Shown here: one piece after another, positions 27,901 through 41,600 of the stretch
Position numbering within the stretch: position 1 is the stretch's first letter
How the letters are laid out: each line of letters begins with the position of its first letter
Assembly: GCA_051294905.1 (NCBI GenBank)
Contig: CM119372.1
Location: 9,116,001-9,180,000 of the forward strand
Source: Botryllus schlosseri
Lineage: Eukaryota
DNA length: 64,000 nt
Direction of reading: 5' to 3'
Translations under genes and position numbers: made by a program
Notes under the pieces: model-generated
The model's database searches: none
Seen by the model: only the letters and a program-made list of their open reading frames with translations
What the model was told of the DNA's origin: nothing

Positions 27901-30900
27901 GCGAGGTCGTAAAAGTAGCCATCGTTTGTACTGCAGTACAAGCGGAGTAGAGTATTCCAAGCAACAAAAAGAGAAAATATTCCGGACCTAGTTTTGCCTA
28001 AAAACTGAAAAATATTAGCAGCAGCGGCGGTAGTATAAAATCGGGTACTCCGTAAAAGTAGAAGTACTTTGTTAATGACCGAGTCTGCCATGACGTCCAG
28101 TTTCCCTTTACGACCAATAAGGTGGTAATTATTATATTCAGAATTAGAGCATAGAAACATTTCACAACTTAAGATTAGAATTAAGACTTAGATCAAAGAA
28201 TCATTTCACAAATCATAATAAAATTATATTACCAGTATGTTACACCATTTAGTCTAATTAGATACGGTAACTAAGAATATCAAATTGTCCAAATCTGGTT
28301 GTTAACAGGAGTTGCAAATTACATATTTGACCGCATTCGGGTGGGTTCTGGTCTTACGATTATTTTGAAGATGGATTTAGATATGAAATTATTAACCATT
28401 TCAAATTTCCCGCAGCTTTCGAACAAATTTCAGCCATTACCCAGCTTATACTGGGATTTGAAATTATGAATCACCTGTCGCTCTAATTCATCGGCGAAGG
28501 CGTCCAAATCGAGATCTTTCAACCTCTCCGGCGATTCCAGAATCTCGTCGACCGCGGAAGCAGGATTTGCGTCCTCGGCCGATTCGTCGTACTCCAACGC
28601 GTCCACCGCCATTTTCCTGGCCCACTCGTACGTCTCCGGATGCACGCGTAGCCCGTCCAGCACTTCGATGTAGACGTCGGTACTGAGAAAGGTAGACTTG
28701 GACTTAGGGGTCGAACGGAGATAACCAGCGAAGAACCGGCCCGACAGTAACTACGCAGGGGCTTCAAATTTCTTAAGCGTAGACCTCTATAAATTTTTTA
28801 GGGTTGTTACGTAGACCCAATGCTCGAATTCAGCTAGTCCACAACAGTCCTATAGAACTGTATCATGCAATTTTATGAGATTAGCAAACCGAATAGCATT
28901 ACTTGTTTCTGTCAATCATTCTGTTAACAGGACCGTCTAAAAAATACGACTTATGTGACAGAACCTGCTGACAAAATATTTGAATGCGACCAACATTGTA
29001 AACCTCTATTGTGACCTACTCTGATATGTGCTTGGAACTACCCAACCAGGATTAAATTGTCTGAGTAGCCTTACCGCAAAAATTAGGCAACTGATGACTT
29101 AAGGTTTATCAATTTCGCCAGATCCTAATCCTAACTATGTTCTCATTGCGATCTGCTCCAAAAAACTACCCGACGACTAACACAAAGTCATTAAGTCGAA
29201 AATAGCAAGCTGTAAGAACGGTCGCAAGCACAAAAACGCACCTGTCGCCTAACGAGCTGGTGTCGATCTTTATAAAGCCGGCGCAGTTGATGAAGATCTT
29301 CGGTCCCATCACGCAGACGGTCACGAGATTCGAACGGTTTTCCAAGCGGCCGTTTTTCTGCTTCAAAACCTGAAGACGAAACATGGCGGACCTACTTTAG
29401 AAATAGTCAGTAACAAAGTATTTGTACTATTTTGGAAAACTCAAATTTTGTTCACAATCGTTACTTTTAACAGTATCTGGCCCCTCAACCAAATTCATTT
29501 ATTGAAGCTGCTTTCTACTTCTACTTAAAAGTAGTGGTAACACATCTATCGAGTAGAAATTCACATCATTACTCGCGATTCTACTCGAGTGGAAAAGCAA
29601 TCAACTTTAAACATCTCTGGCCTACTTCTACATCGACCATAGTAAATACTAAACGACAGCAACGCAACATCACGTCAAATCCTTTTCCGGGCACCCCATT
29701 CTCACCTTCAGTACATTGGCTGCTTTCCTCGGGCCGAGCCCGCAAACGAATTGCACGATATTGGCAGTGTGCGGATGCGCTATCGCTCTGTTGATGTCGA
29801 CGCCGACTTCGCAAGATCGAAACACAAACTCTTCGATCAAACTCGTCAAAAGTTGGTCCTTGTCGACTTGGTCCTGAAACGCGCGGGAAACGTCAGTCGG
29901 GCAGCACTCAAGAACATGACAAAGTGTCGCGCAAACCTGCAATGGATGAAACCGCAAACATAGCAAGTCTTCGTCTTGCGAACACAGCTGCGAAAACTCG
30001 AGCAAGGGGTCCTGCATTCTTCTCGCGAGCGACACCGCTTGCCTGAGCTCGGTCGGATAATCTCGAAAATCGGTCTGCAAGAAGATACAGGGTAGTCAAA
30101 AACTTGTGCTATACTGAACCAGTCAAGGATTAACAAAGATTAGCGACAAAATATATTTAGCGTCACTCGAGAAACGGAGGTTAGACATTCACGCACAGGA
30201 GGTCAAAGTGACCTCAATCTGACAAATCAACCTCGTCTAACGACACAGGCGTCATTCATTTTCATCACTAGTCATCACATGTCATCCCTTATTTCTTAAC
30301 ATGCAGTGTGCATTAGGGCTCTTCAAAAATGAATTTTTTTCTCAAATCGTACTGGCTACTTGATAAAATTGTTAGGTTACCTAATTTAAGCCTACACGCA
30401 AAATTTGGTTCAATTCCAACCAGTAACTGCTTTGCTACAGGAGAAGTAAGTTTCTATTTATTATTTAAAAATAAATAATAAAAAATTTGAAAATTTTCTG
30501 TTCACCCCATGAAAGTGTTAGGCTGTCTATAGAAACGATGCTCACCAAATTTGGTTCAATTCCAACTAGTAGAAGCGAAGTTATTGCCGTCGAAAAATTT
30601 GGATTTGAATAAAATTGTATTTACGGTGAGCACAACTATAATAAATAAACAAAGAATCGCTCACCGTAAATACTATTTTATTCAAATCCAAATTTTTCGA
30701 CGGCAATAACTCCGCTTCTACTAGTTGGAATTGAACCAAATTTGGTGAGCATCGTTTCTATAGACAGCCTAACACTTTCATGGGGTGAACAGAAAATTTT
30801 CAAATTTTTATTATTTATTTTTATATAATAAATAGAAACTTACTTCTCCTGTAGCAAAGCGGTTACTGGCTGGAATTGAACCAAATTTTGTGTGTAGGCT

Positions 30901-33900
30901 TAAATTAGGTAACCTAACAATTTTATGAAGTAGCCAGTACAGTACGATTTGAGAAAAAAAAGTCATTTTTGAAGAGCCCTAGTGTGCATGCCTCTTATAT
31001 ACATCGTCTAGGCCCGGGCGGGTATCTGATTTCAAAAACTACTCCAAGTCGTTTCGACACCTTCCTGTCTTTTCATCGCATCACTGTTTTTTGGTGTTTT
31101 GAAATGATAAAATTATTAACATACTGTAGAAGAAAAGCTGTGAATTTCTACTCAATTACAAGTAGAAGTGGCAATTTCCAAATCTCGTCTGAACTGCCCA
31201 AGTGGAAAGTATCGAGACGAGGGGTCACAAACTTGTAGCAGTTGTGGCTGTTTTCAAAATCGCGAGATATAAGTTACAAACTAACATAATGCGACTAATG
31301 ACAATCCAATTAGGTACAATCATCGAAAATACATTCCGTCACAATTCTACGGGCACTATTTCACACCTAAAAGTGATGCAAACCTATCACAATACTCCTT
31401 CATCGTCTTCACCGGTACTACTACAAAAGCGCAAGCAACATGTACCTCGGCTTTTTTCGTGGCGGCGTATACCGCAGCCAGTTCGTTGTCCATAATTTCG
31501 ACACTGATGGCCGAAACTGAACCCTCCTGCTCCAGTTCCGTAACGCAGGCCTTGATATCCTCTTGCATCATGAGCGCAGTCCTGATAGAGAAAATACGAT
31601 AATTGAAGTTTCAATTTTTTCACTCAAGTACATGTAGAAGTAGATATTTTCGAGTAAATAAAATAGTAAGTATTGTGGCCCCAGCTGTCTTAAAAACGAA
31701 AACTGTTTAGTAAAAGTGGAAGTAGTCAAAATCACAAACACTCGATTAGACATTGCAAGTATGCAAAGCCTACAGCAGTATTCTGAAAAAGTAGAAGTAT
31801 TTCATATCTGAACGGTTCTGCTAGATGCTAGACTCGACGCCAAATACCGTTGAGCAGAATCGGGGGCAGTCTAAAATAACCAATCGAGCAAGCAGTGCAA
31901 GCAGGCAACAAAATGTTTTTTTTTTTAATGTGCACCTGGAAATAGAACTACGACTACTTACTTTTCGAAATACGCAACTAGAACCAGAACTAGAACTACT
32001 CGTAAAGCCAGCAATTAGTTCACCGTAAACCAAGCAGATTGGTACTTAGTCCAAGTCGGACGTTCTCACCTGTCCTCCGCGCCGATGACGATGACGTGCG
32101 GCTTGCGTTTCGCGATGAAATGCTTGACGTTCTCGATGTCCTTCTCTTTGCGCTTTCTCTCGTTGTCGTTGAACGCGTTACGTCTGTACCTCATCGCCGG
32201 CAGTCGCAAGAAGTCGATGACCTCGCCGTCCCCGGAAATTACCGCGGCAAACGTCGCCAAATCTCTGCAACACGATGTAAAACACTATGAAAGACTCCGC
32301 GATAGAGCACAGGGTTGTGACGACTCGAGTTACTAGACTCGAGTAAATTTATGCATAGACTACTACTGGTACCTTTTAAAATCTAAATTGTGAATTGAGT
32401 AGTTTTGCCCGAAAAGTACTCAGAAACAGCAGTATTCGGTTACCTGTTTTCGCTGTAGCTGACGGCCATCACGGTACAGCCTTGTCTGTCATCGTCCTCG
32501 TCGTCTTCCTCCCGTTCTTCGGGCTGGTATGGCGCGACGGACAGCCATCTTCTTAGCGTGAGCGCACAGTGCTACAAGCCAAAATTGACAACATAACCAT
32601 AACTGTATTAAAACCATCTGAGTGAGTGAGTGAGTGCAAGCAGGCAAAAACCCACTGGAGTACTAAGGATGAAAATATTACAGTTGCATAACTTGTTTCT
32701 GAATTCTAATGGAGTTCGAACACTACCATACGCATAAATGTCCTTTTCATGAACGCGGGTAGCTTTGTTTCACAGTTTCGAATAATATGATGCCTTCTAT
32801 CGAGGTATCAAGGCTACAGGCAGAGGGAAGAAATTATCGCAAAAATAATCAAAATTGACACTGGATTCCGATTCAAACACCCAAAAGTTATGCGTAACCC
32901 TAGTCATCTCCATCATCTATGCTACTGAACAAATTTTAAGGCAATAAGGTTTCACCGGAGCACAACTAAAGATTTTTGAACTCTTGCTGTGGAAAACTTT
33001 CCAAACCGTTAGTGAGTAGGTCCTTCATTTTATTTTTGGTTGAGGATGGCAATTTCACCGACTAAAGCGGGTCTGACGATCAGACATGACATAGAATTCA
33101 TCATGGGGATACCGACAGACATATCGAGCAACTTACATCAATAATTCCTTCCTTCGACTCTCGAAGCAATGTTTCTTTAAGTTCCTTCGACATTTCGGGA
33201 TACAGGATCTTATTCAACATCATCTCGACGACTTGACTCCTTTGATTGTTCCACTCCTGCACCAGATGGCTGAATTCGTCCTGACAAAAACGTGGGAAAG
33301 TAGAATCCAGCGACGCAATATACGGGATTCCAGCGACGCATTTGAACACAAACGAGTTCTCACCCGATAATAAAGTTGCTTTATCTCTTCGAAATAAGAA
33401 TGCGTGCCGGCAGACGCCACGTCTTTCATGTCCATACGAATGTCATACTCGATTAGTCTCTCTAATTGGCCCTGGATATTGACAAGAAAAACAAACCTTA
33501 ATCCAGATCGAGGACGCCAGATTTCTCCTGTATAATTTTGCAAAATATCGCAAGGAAACATAGCAGTTTGTCAGCTAAACAAAGGTATCTTCATTAGTGT
33601 CAGCTTAAAATATTCAAGCTTATTTCAATGTGAATGTATTATTCACGTTTATATTGAAGTTCTGTACCTCTAGGAATCTCTCAGCGGTAAATTACAGAAT
33701 AATTGATCAAAAGACCGAATTCGTATGAAAATCATTGCAACTATGACAAAAGAACAATTATTGTTTCACCCTCTGTAGAATCAGCTACGAAAGCAAAGTG
33801 CAGAAGAACGCCATTCGCTATGATAGGCACGCGCGCAACTACAGCACAAGGTTCTGAGACAGGCGACCTGCAACTTACATTAAAAATATGAAGAAACAAC

Positions 33901-36900
33901 GGGCCGGACAGCTCCCGCACGGGCTTGTTCCGCAACCACTTGACGGCGAACAGCGGGTGCGCCTCGTCGATTTCCTTTTTTCCTTTTTTGGTCGGAATGA
34001 TGTTGATCTTGGCCCGCTCCCGGAATACCTGCCTGACGCATTGCCGCACCAAAGGCTCTCTCGCCAGTTGCATAGCCATCATGTACCTCGCGCCCTCCAG
34101 AACTTTATCGCTACAGAGTAAGAGTAACGTTTTGAGCACGTCACATCGTAAGACCATTCCACGACATTCGTGGCCAAAATTTGTAAAATCCAATACAAAA
34201 TATTCCATCTCTCACATTCCGATACAAGTGTGAAATGGATCACTCACATAACATTGGTACTGGAGTAGAAGTAGAAGTAACACTAAAAAATCCTACTCCG
34301 TTATTTCAAGACTAATTGCAACTACTTGGAGAGGAAGGGATATCAAAAGTATTCGAGTACCCAGTTTCTAAAGTAGAAGTAGTGTATCGTAGGTGGCCAG
34401 TTTCAAAATCGCAAGATGCATCGCCGCGACTAACGCAAAATGATTAACAACGCCACAAATCATAAAAAATATTCAGATACATTAACACATAGGCTATTTC
34501 GCGCAATTTTTACGACAGCGATGCAAAGTCATCCTTAAACCACTTGCTACTTGCAAAAATCCCTAGTACTAAAAGCAAATAGTTTTGCCTAAAATACTAT
34601 CAAGTAGCAGAAGTCTAAAAACATCAGCACTTTAGCGAGGTTGTAATGACTCGAGTCGCAATTTATTGGTGACTGACTTGACTCGAGTACTTTTTGAAAA
34701 TATGGAAAATGACTCGACTAGGGGCAATTTGTTTACTGACTCGAGCGTCGGACTCACGAGACAGGCATTTTGTCTAGGGGTGCTAGTTTTCTAAAATAGG
34801 GGCAGAAACTGTGCAAAGTGAGAAAATTATTATAGTGTGAATGCGAGGCGTTCAATCTCACCTAAACAGAGTTGTAAAAAAGTGAGTTGAACGCGGTTGA
34901 ACTCAAGCCCTTGAACACCGACTTTGACTTGACTCGTGGTGAATTGAAAATGACTCGACTCGAGTCAAAACTACAATAAAGTAGATTTGACTTGTGACTT
35001 CGTTACAACCCTGCACTTAGTAAAGAATTAAAAGCAGGCAAAACCCATTTGAGTACCCGAGAAAAAAGTAGAAGTATTCTGTTACTGGAATAACTCACGG
35101 CGAATCAAACTGCGGCGTCACGAAATCCTGCGCAAGCTCTTTCGGTTCGATCGGATACTGCTCGGTCTCGTGCCGCTGATAATTGTCACGCAAGTTCTCT
35201 CCGAACTGCTCCGGCGTCAGACCAAACTTATTCGCGATGCCGCCTGTTAAAAGTTAACGCGCCGTGAGGTCTCGAAAAATTCGTTCGGAATGCGCCAACG
35301 CACCTAATCCCGCGGTGAGGCATATCGTGTACATGTCTCTTCGCGATGCCTGCTTCAATCCGCTTCCTTGTGATTCCTCGCCCTCCGCGGTACTGCCGTC
35401 GCCGGCTTTCTCAGCTTGGCGTCTCGCTTTTAGAGCGTTCTTCAAAAGGGACACCACGTAAGTCTCATGATTTCAGTAAAGGAAGAGTCTCGGAAACTAT
35501 TTTTTCATGGGCAGTGTCAAACTACTTTGCTGTTCGTACGGTATCTTTATAAGTAACAGACAGATCGAATACCGTTACGACGGACATTAATACTAGCAGT
35601 ACCAGTAGGCTAAGTTGGACGTTAGATAGATAGACCGCACTTGGTAAATTCAGTATCCTTCCATCTGTCTATTACATCATATTGTCTACTGTGGACCGCA
35701 TCATACATTGCAAGCCCATAAAAATAGTAAAACCGCCGATTATAATTATTAGACACCCCAAAACCTGGCGTAATACTTTGGTCAGTAGCGAAGTGGTTCT
35801 GCTTTTTCGGAAGAGTTAAGTGGGTTTTGCCTCCTTGCCTAACTAACCTGCATTTTCGGAACGTCCCTGCCATAATGGAGTAAAAAATGTGCGTAAACGT
35901 CCTTCAACTCGTCCATCGTCTGTACGGAATTGATTCTGCAAAAGAGATCATGTTTACTCATCTCCACACCGAAAAGCAATCTGTAACAGTGATTACCGCT
36001 CGATATCGGAATCAGCCAAAGCGCGGACATTATCGCCGAGCGGTTTATCGGGATCGGCCGAAATCTGTTCGTATTGAAATGTCTGCATCTTTTGCAACAA
36101 CCGAGTCAAGTTCGCTTTCCTGTTCAAAAGTTGTGTCCACTGGAAAATAATTTAACGGTGATACGTCCACAGCCACACACACGTAGGGAATTCCGTTACC
36201 TTTTCGTCCCAATGATAAACTTTGTTTAAATCGTGAATGTTCAGTTCCGGTTCCACATATTCCTTCCGGTAAAACGCGATGAAAGGCATTTCGAAGAATT
36301 GGTTTCGCATGAAATTTAGTGAATCCTATAAAAAGTAGCTGTACAGACAGACCACCCCCCGGGACGGCACGCGGTAAAAATATATTTACCTGTATTTTCG
36401 GTATAGCGGAGTGCGGTTTGCGGTTTAGTGACGAATTTGCGCCAATATCGTCCAAGTTTTCCTGGAAAACATTGTTTCACAACAATCCACTCATTGTGAT
36501 AAACTATTCTTATATCTACTATGAGTGAAAAATGCAGCCTACCATAATAATCACTGACATCATCGTTTTAAACGTCACCATGATATACTATAACATTGAA
36601 ATTGAATCTAAACAATGCAATATTTCGATTGCCAATCCTCAAACAAATTGCATCCCGATTGCGGGACATTCCTGTGAATTTGTAAGACTGTTTGTTCGAG
36701 CACTGATTCATTAGACGTTTTTATCTTGCTATGACAGATAAATGGCGGTTGCGGTATTTACGGTACCTGTTTAGATATGGTACTTTCTGCGAAACAATGT
36801 TTGTATATCCAATCGGCTTCTAACTCCAGTTCAGTGTCTTCTGCAATTCTGAAAGAGTATAATTGGTTGAGTGGGCTGCAAATGCACAGCGCAGGAATAC

Positions 36901-39900
36901 AATCTGAAGTGAGGTTCATGTTTATGGTTCAAGCAGCAAATAAATTATATTACCTTCACTGCTTGTTAATTTGACTACCTTATTACGAACAGGTTGGCAG
37001 TTTCAGCATTAACTCAATGAAAACACAAAATAGCGACTTCACGAGGATAGATAGTATGAATTTATCATAGATTGACTAATTGACAGAATGGAATGGACGA
37101 TAGTGCCATATGAACGTTGCCCAGATTGGAGCCAAATTATATCGAATTCGTGGTATGGAATGAAGATTCGCGTACAAGATACCTGACTGGGACTGCGCGA
37201 AGCTGAAATCTCTCCGGCACATCCATGGTTCTGATCTCAGAATCGATATCCGTAAAAAATCCACGTTCCAAGGTATCCGGTTCATACACCTAACGATCAA
37301 AGTCCATTGAAAGAGCTCGGCGGCACGCAAAAAAGTCTGAAATATTTACGTCAAATATCGATCGCTTTTTCTTTGTCTTCTTGCTCTTTTTCTTCGGTCT
37401 CAGCTGCGAGACCCCGGTGCCGTCATCGTCTTCGTCGATCTGTCAGAAGTAAGAAGGATGTTAATCGGTCCGTTCGATACAGCCTGAAAATCTCAGCGTA
37501 CATCTTCGTAATAGTCATCCTCCATCCGAATGTCTTCGTCATCTTCATAACCGTCTCCGTACTTGTCGAATTCGTTGAAGTCAAAGTCTACTCCGAAGAT
37601 GTCGTGGAGGTTTTGTAGCGCCCTGGACCCCAGATAACAATAATATTTATACGAAAATAATTTAGACAGCCAAATATTGCAATATAGCATCCCTACACTA
37701 CGGCTAGCAAAACATAGAAAGTAAACGATATGTATACAAGAATGAGTGCATAGGCTATTTGTTAGGAAAGATGTCCACTACTGTAGTTGGAATTTACGTA
37801 TGTTTAATAAAACTGTTCTGATGTTCATGCAAGTCAATTGATAGATGTTTTGTGACTTCAAACTGGGAAGTACAATCAACTATTGTTAAGACGAACGTAA
37901 GTTTCAACCGTCATGACCAACATAGCATCAGAGAATGCAGTCGGTGCAATCTCAATCTTACGGTAAAACCCCCAAGACAGAAACTTCTACAAATCATCAG
38001 AGAGGGTCATCGCGATAAAATTCCAACCGCCCAAAACCGATTTCATGTTAATAGGATGGAAAATTGACAACTCAAAAATCGTCAAATCACTACTTCTACT
38101 TCAGTAGCATTTACAACGTTACTCGTACCAGAGTACCAACGATGATCACTTTGACCACCCCTGGTTGTAGTTTCATGACGGGACCTGGCGTAGTCATGTT
38201 GAACCTTCAATCAGTTTTAATTACTTGTGGTAAATTTCTGACAAAACAATCCGAGTACCGTAATTTGAAAGCCTGGTTTGCATTGACATGAATATAAAAA
38301 AGCAACTAGATAGTCAAACAAATTGCAAAATTAGTAAACTGATGACTAAAAATATGTCGACAGATCCTGATTGCAGGAAATAAAGACAATCTTGCTGCAA
38401 ATGAAGGACAGATCTCAAAAATTCCAACGTTAAGACAAGCCTGTTTGAAATAAAGCTAGACGGAAGCGGTCTCGCGGGGCGTCAAAACCAAGACTCCCAC
38501 TTACGTGTCTCCCTTCCTCTTTTTCCGATGTCCCGGAACACTAGGCTTACTGATAGGCTCGTTGTTATCATCGACAATGAAGTCGTCCACGTCACTCTCT
38601 TCCGATTCATCCTCGGCTTCCTGCAACGGCTGAATGACAGGCTCCGGCGGTCTTCTAACAGGAGGCCCTTCGTCATCGTCGTCGTCGCCGTCGAACAACT
38701 CATGCGCAACTAGTCCGGACTCTCCGACACCTTCCTTATCGCTGTCCTCGTCGGAAGAAACCGTCTTGAGACGACTGTGTTTTTTCCGTTTGATTTTAAC
38801 TCCCAGATTTTCCTCGATAAGATCCAAATCGTCATCTTCTAGCTGGTGTTCATATTTCCGCTTTTTGAGTTTTGCTAAAATCCGGTATCGCGTTAATGGT
38901 TTGCGCGGTGGCAAAAAGCGAAATACCATATACCAGGGCCTTCCTCTGGATCTACCTCGTCCGCCTCCTCCTCTGCCGCTTCTGCTATGCTCGAGTCTTC
39001 AGATTCAGACCCGCCGCTGTCCTCTTCTGAAAATGAAAAACACAAACAAATTTCAAGGCAGTGGCTCGTAACTGGTGTTACACAGAACGCTAGGGGTTCC
39101 ATACTTCCATGAGCCAGTCTTTGGGGGGGGGGGTCCGTGGTGGTCAAGACATGCACCCGACTCATGCATATAATTTGTGATGATACGCCCAATAAATATT
39201 CATTATAATGTGAAATCAACATTCTGTTGATGCACAGTTCATTTTGTGCACTAGTGTTCTACAGTAATCCAATTGAAGACTTCTTGGAGCTTCAATATAC
39301 AACGTAGTATATTCATATTGAAATGAACCAGAATATTATCGACCGACACTGGTCAGGGGTAATCGTCAGGAACTGGTAGAGTATTGGAAACGACATTGTA
39401 TATCAACAATCGAATCACAAAATATGACGTCACCAGCATGAAATTTCGAAAGAGAGAATTCAATTAACTTATTTTGGATGGTACACAAATTCCCTTTGTT
39501 GACACAGCCTTGGATGGTGTATTTTGAGAAAAGTCGACCCCACGGCACACAAATGAAAGTGTGAACGTACCCTCCCGATCCAATTCGAATTGTTTGATTC
39601 AATTTCTAAGTTTTCATAAGTTCAGTACCGTGATTCTGATTCTAATCAAAGTTGGAAAAAAACTTGTTTGACTTAAATTCTAATTCTAGTCTATTTTGGA
39701 AAAAAATGTGAAGGTCTAATTCTAATTTATATAGGAAAATCTGAAAATTTTATAGTTGTTCAACAATGTCGATAATCATTGTCAAATTGTAATGTGCTAC
39801 ACTTCATCGGAAAACTTATATTTATCATGACATATATCAACTATAATACTATGCAGATCTAAATCTACTAGCGACGAGAGAGAATTTATTCATCATCGCA

Positions 39901-40247
39901 GAATGCAAATTTTTATGACAACAGGAAATGCAGTTCATAAAGATTTGAGATTTACTACAGTTATCAAATACCTTCATCGACGATATCATCGTCAATCAAC
40001 CCACGGATGTTTCCTTTGTCATCAGCTTCAGCCGCTAATTTTTTGTCCACCTCTGAAACGTAGGAGAGTCAAAGGAAAGCCATTTCGTTGTAATTGGTAA
40101 GTATAAATGATCGATACCCTCTTCATCTTCAGCGCTATCTTCTAACGAGCTATTTTCGTCTTCGCTCACTATTGCTGGTTTCTTTTTAGTGGAGACGAAT
40201 TCATCGTCAGAGGATTCGTCCGCCTCATCATCAAAGAAGTCAGACAT
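18925..40247 (-). CDS. SUPT6H: Transcription elongation factor / histone chaperone SPT6 (~35 coding exons)
   Basis: Exon peptides match SPT6: [12 protein letters not shown] (40118-40247), [127 protein letters not shown]1 region, SH2 [13 protein letters not shown] / [16 protein letters not shown] / [11 protein letters not shown], last exon [10 protein letters not shown]...DQGSM* (18925-19108). The intron boundaries checked are GT-AG. Confidence 0.97.
19424..19962. mobile_element. hAT MITE in an SPT6 intron
   Basis: Termini TAGGGAAAGTTTTTG / CAAAAACTCGCCCTA; perfect 8-bp TSD CTAATTAC. A partial inverted copy lies at ~24158-24330. Confidence 0.88.
21004..21423. mobile_element. hAT MITE (CAGGGTTGTAAC family, GACTCGAGTC-rich)
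   Basis: TIR CAGGGTTGTAAC / GTTACAACCCTC; degenerate TSD TCACTATC / TCGTTATC. Confidence 0.75.
21603..21636 (-). ncRNA. Minimal type I hammerhead ribozyme (Penelope-associated type), sense to SPT6 pre-mRNA
   Basis: Minus strand reads UCCC-CUGAUGA-G-UGUCAGC-C-GAA-AAGCUU-C-GGGA. It has the full core, a 4-bp stem I, a 1-bp stem II, a palindromic stem III and a UC cleavage site. Confidence 0.8.
22420..23791. repeat. ~41-bp minisatellite in an SPT6 intron
   Basis: Unit CTGTAGCTATAATTCTAGTTCTAATCTAATTTGGAAAAGAA with variants. Isolated related copies at ~18520, ~20330 and ~39640. Confidence 0.95.
25880..26390 (+). mobile_element. Penelope-like retroelement 3' remnant with hammerhead motif
   Basis: Frameshifted peptide [35 protein letters not shown]...LC*QK resembles the C-terminus of the PLE GIY-YIG endonuclease. 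It is followed by CTGACGAG-TGTCAGG-CGAAAATATTC at 26288-26313. Confidence 0.75.
30314..30981. mobile_element. Palindromic hAT MITE (arms ~320 bp, 27-bp loop)
   Basis: Termini TAGGGCTCTTCAAAAATGA...TCATTTTTGAAGAGCCCTA; perfect 8-bp TSD GTGTGCAT (30306-30313, 30982-30989); arms 30314-30631 and 30659-30981 are near-perfect reverse complements. Confidence 0.95.
34636..35013. mobile_element. hAT MITE (same family as 21004-21423, inverted)
   Basis: Ends CGAGGTTGTAAT / GTTACAACCCTG; flanks CACTTTAG / CACTTAGT; GACTCGAGT motifs. Confidence 0.7.
39270..39600 (-). mobile_element. Second Penelope-like 3' remnant with a mutated hammerhead
   Basis: Reverse complement is similar to ~26080-26370; peptide [19 protein letters not shown]; motif CCCCTGACCAGTGTCGGTCGATAATATTC. 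Confidence 0.7.
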
Positions 40248-41600
40248 ACCTACGGAAAATACAAGTCCCCCAATTCAATAGATCTAAATTGAAGATAAAT
40301 TTGAAAATATGTCACCAGAGCTCAACTCTCACTAGGCATAGACTAGAAGTGGGTAAACAGCAAACCGCGACGACAGTCCTGACTTTGCACACTCAAAATG
40401 TTTCAGTTCGTTGAGCAAATAAGAATACCACCTTATCATTCATTTTCTCAAGTGGACCAGAGTGGAATTGGTCATATGCAACTTTCCGTTCAATTACCCT
40501 ATTATGCAAAAAACAATTCTGTCGCAGGCAATTCATCGCTCAAAACAACCACTATTTGCAGTCTGACACAAGTTGAAGCTTCCAAGTGGCAGACCGATAC
40601 ATGCAAACTGCAAAGCATAATTTAAAATGGCAGTTGCACACTTTGTGTTATCATTGTTTCAAAAGCTAAATCACTTTCATTTCATATTTAAGTTGTAATC
40701 TGAATCCTGAATTCATTTCGTATCACAACCTTGTTGAAGTTGGAACATGGTACGCCTATACTGTATTGACGTAACGTCCATTCATATGTCGCACAAAGAT
40801 TCAAAAGTAGGAAACTTCCCAATCCAATAGTAGTAATAAATGGAGTTAATGACAGAATATTTAAAAGTGATGCTGATTACTAGTGAAGGAGCAAAAATCC
40901 CGACACACATTCAATACCCTTCTCAGAAAAATGTCAAAATGTCTGCGACAGCTGAGTATATCCACGGGGCCATTCTACTGACTAGTGGGAGTATTACTGG
41001 ATAAATTAAAAGGAAACAACTTTTGAGTCCCAGTCCCGAGAAGAGTTACCGTAGTATATCAATTTGCCATATTTTGTGAAGCCTTTCAATAAAGCACCAG
41101 GTCTGCTCCACGCCACCTTCTCACAAAGCAAATAACAGTAAAAAAACATCGCCCTGGGCTCAATCACCATAACCTCACATTGACATTACCCTAACACGGA
41201 CGAGGGACGGCCAATTGCAAATTCAACTGGCTCATTTACTGTTGCCAGTGAACTATATATTCAGAGCCAGAAGAGGATTATCGAGCATATGATGTGATAA
41301 ACCCGACCACAGTCGAATGGGGATGTTACCGGGAAGCGCTTTAGCCACTCTCGTCGCGTCTCGCGTGATTATGGTGATAACCGAGGGCTTTCACGACAAG
41401 GGAAGTACGATAATGGTATATGTTAATTGACTCAACTCGTCCTGGCGAAATTTCGGCGAAATCTCTGTGATCACGTGAAACACTATTTCCGCGAACTCGG
41501 AATATTAACCCTCAACTGAGCGTAGGACAGTATTCCACTATTCAATAATCGAAATGTTAGGTTATTCTAAACAAATATAATATCTCTAATACCTATACAT

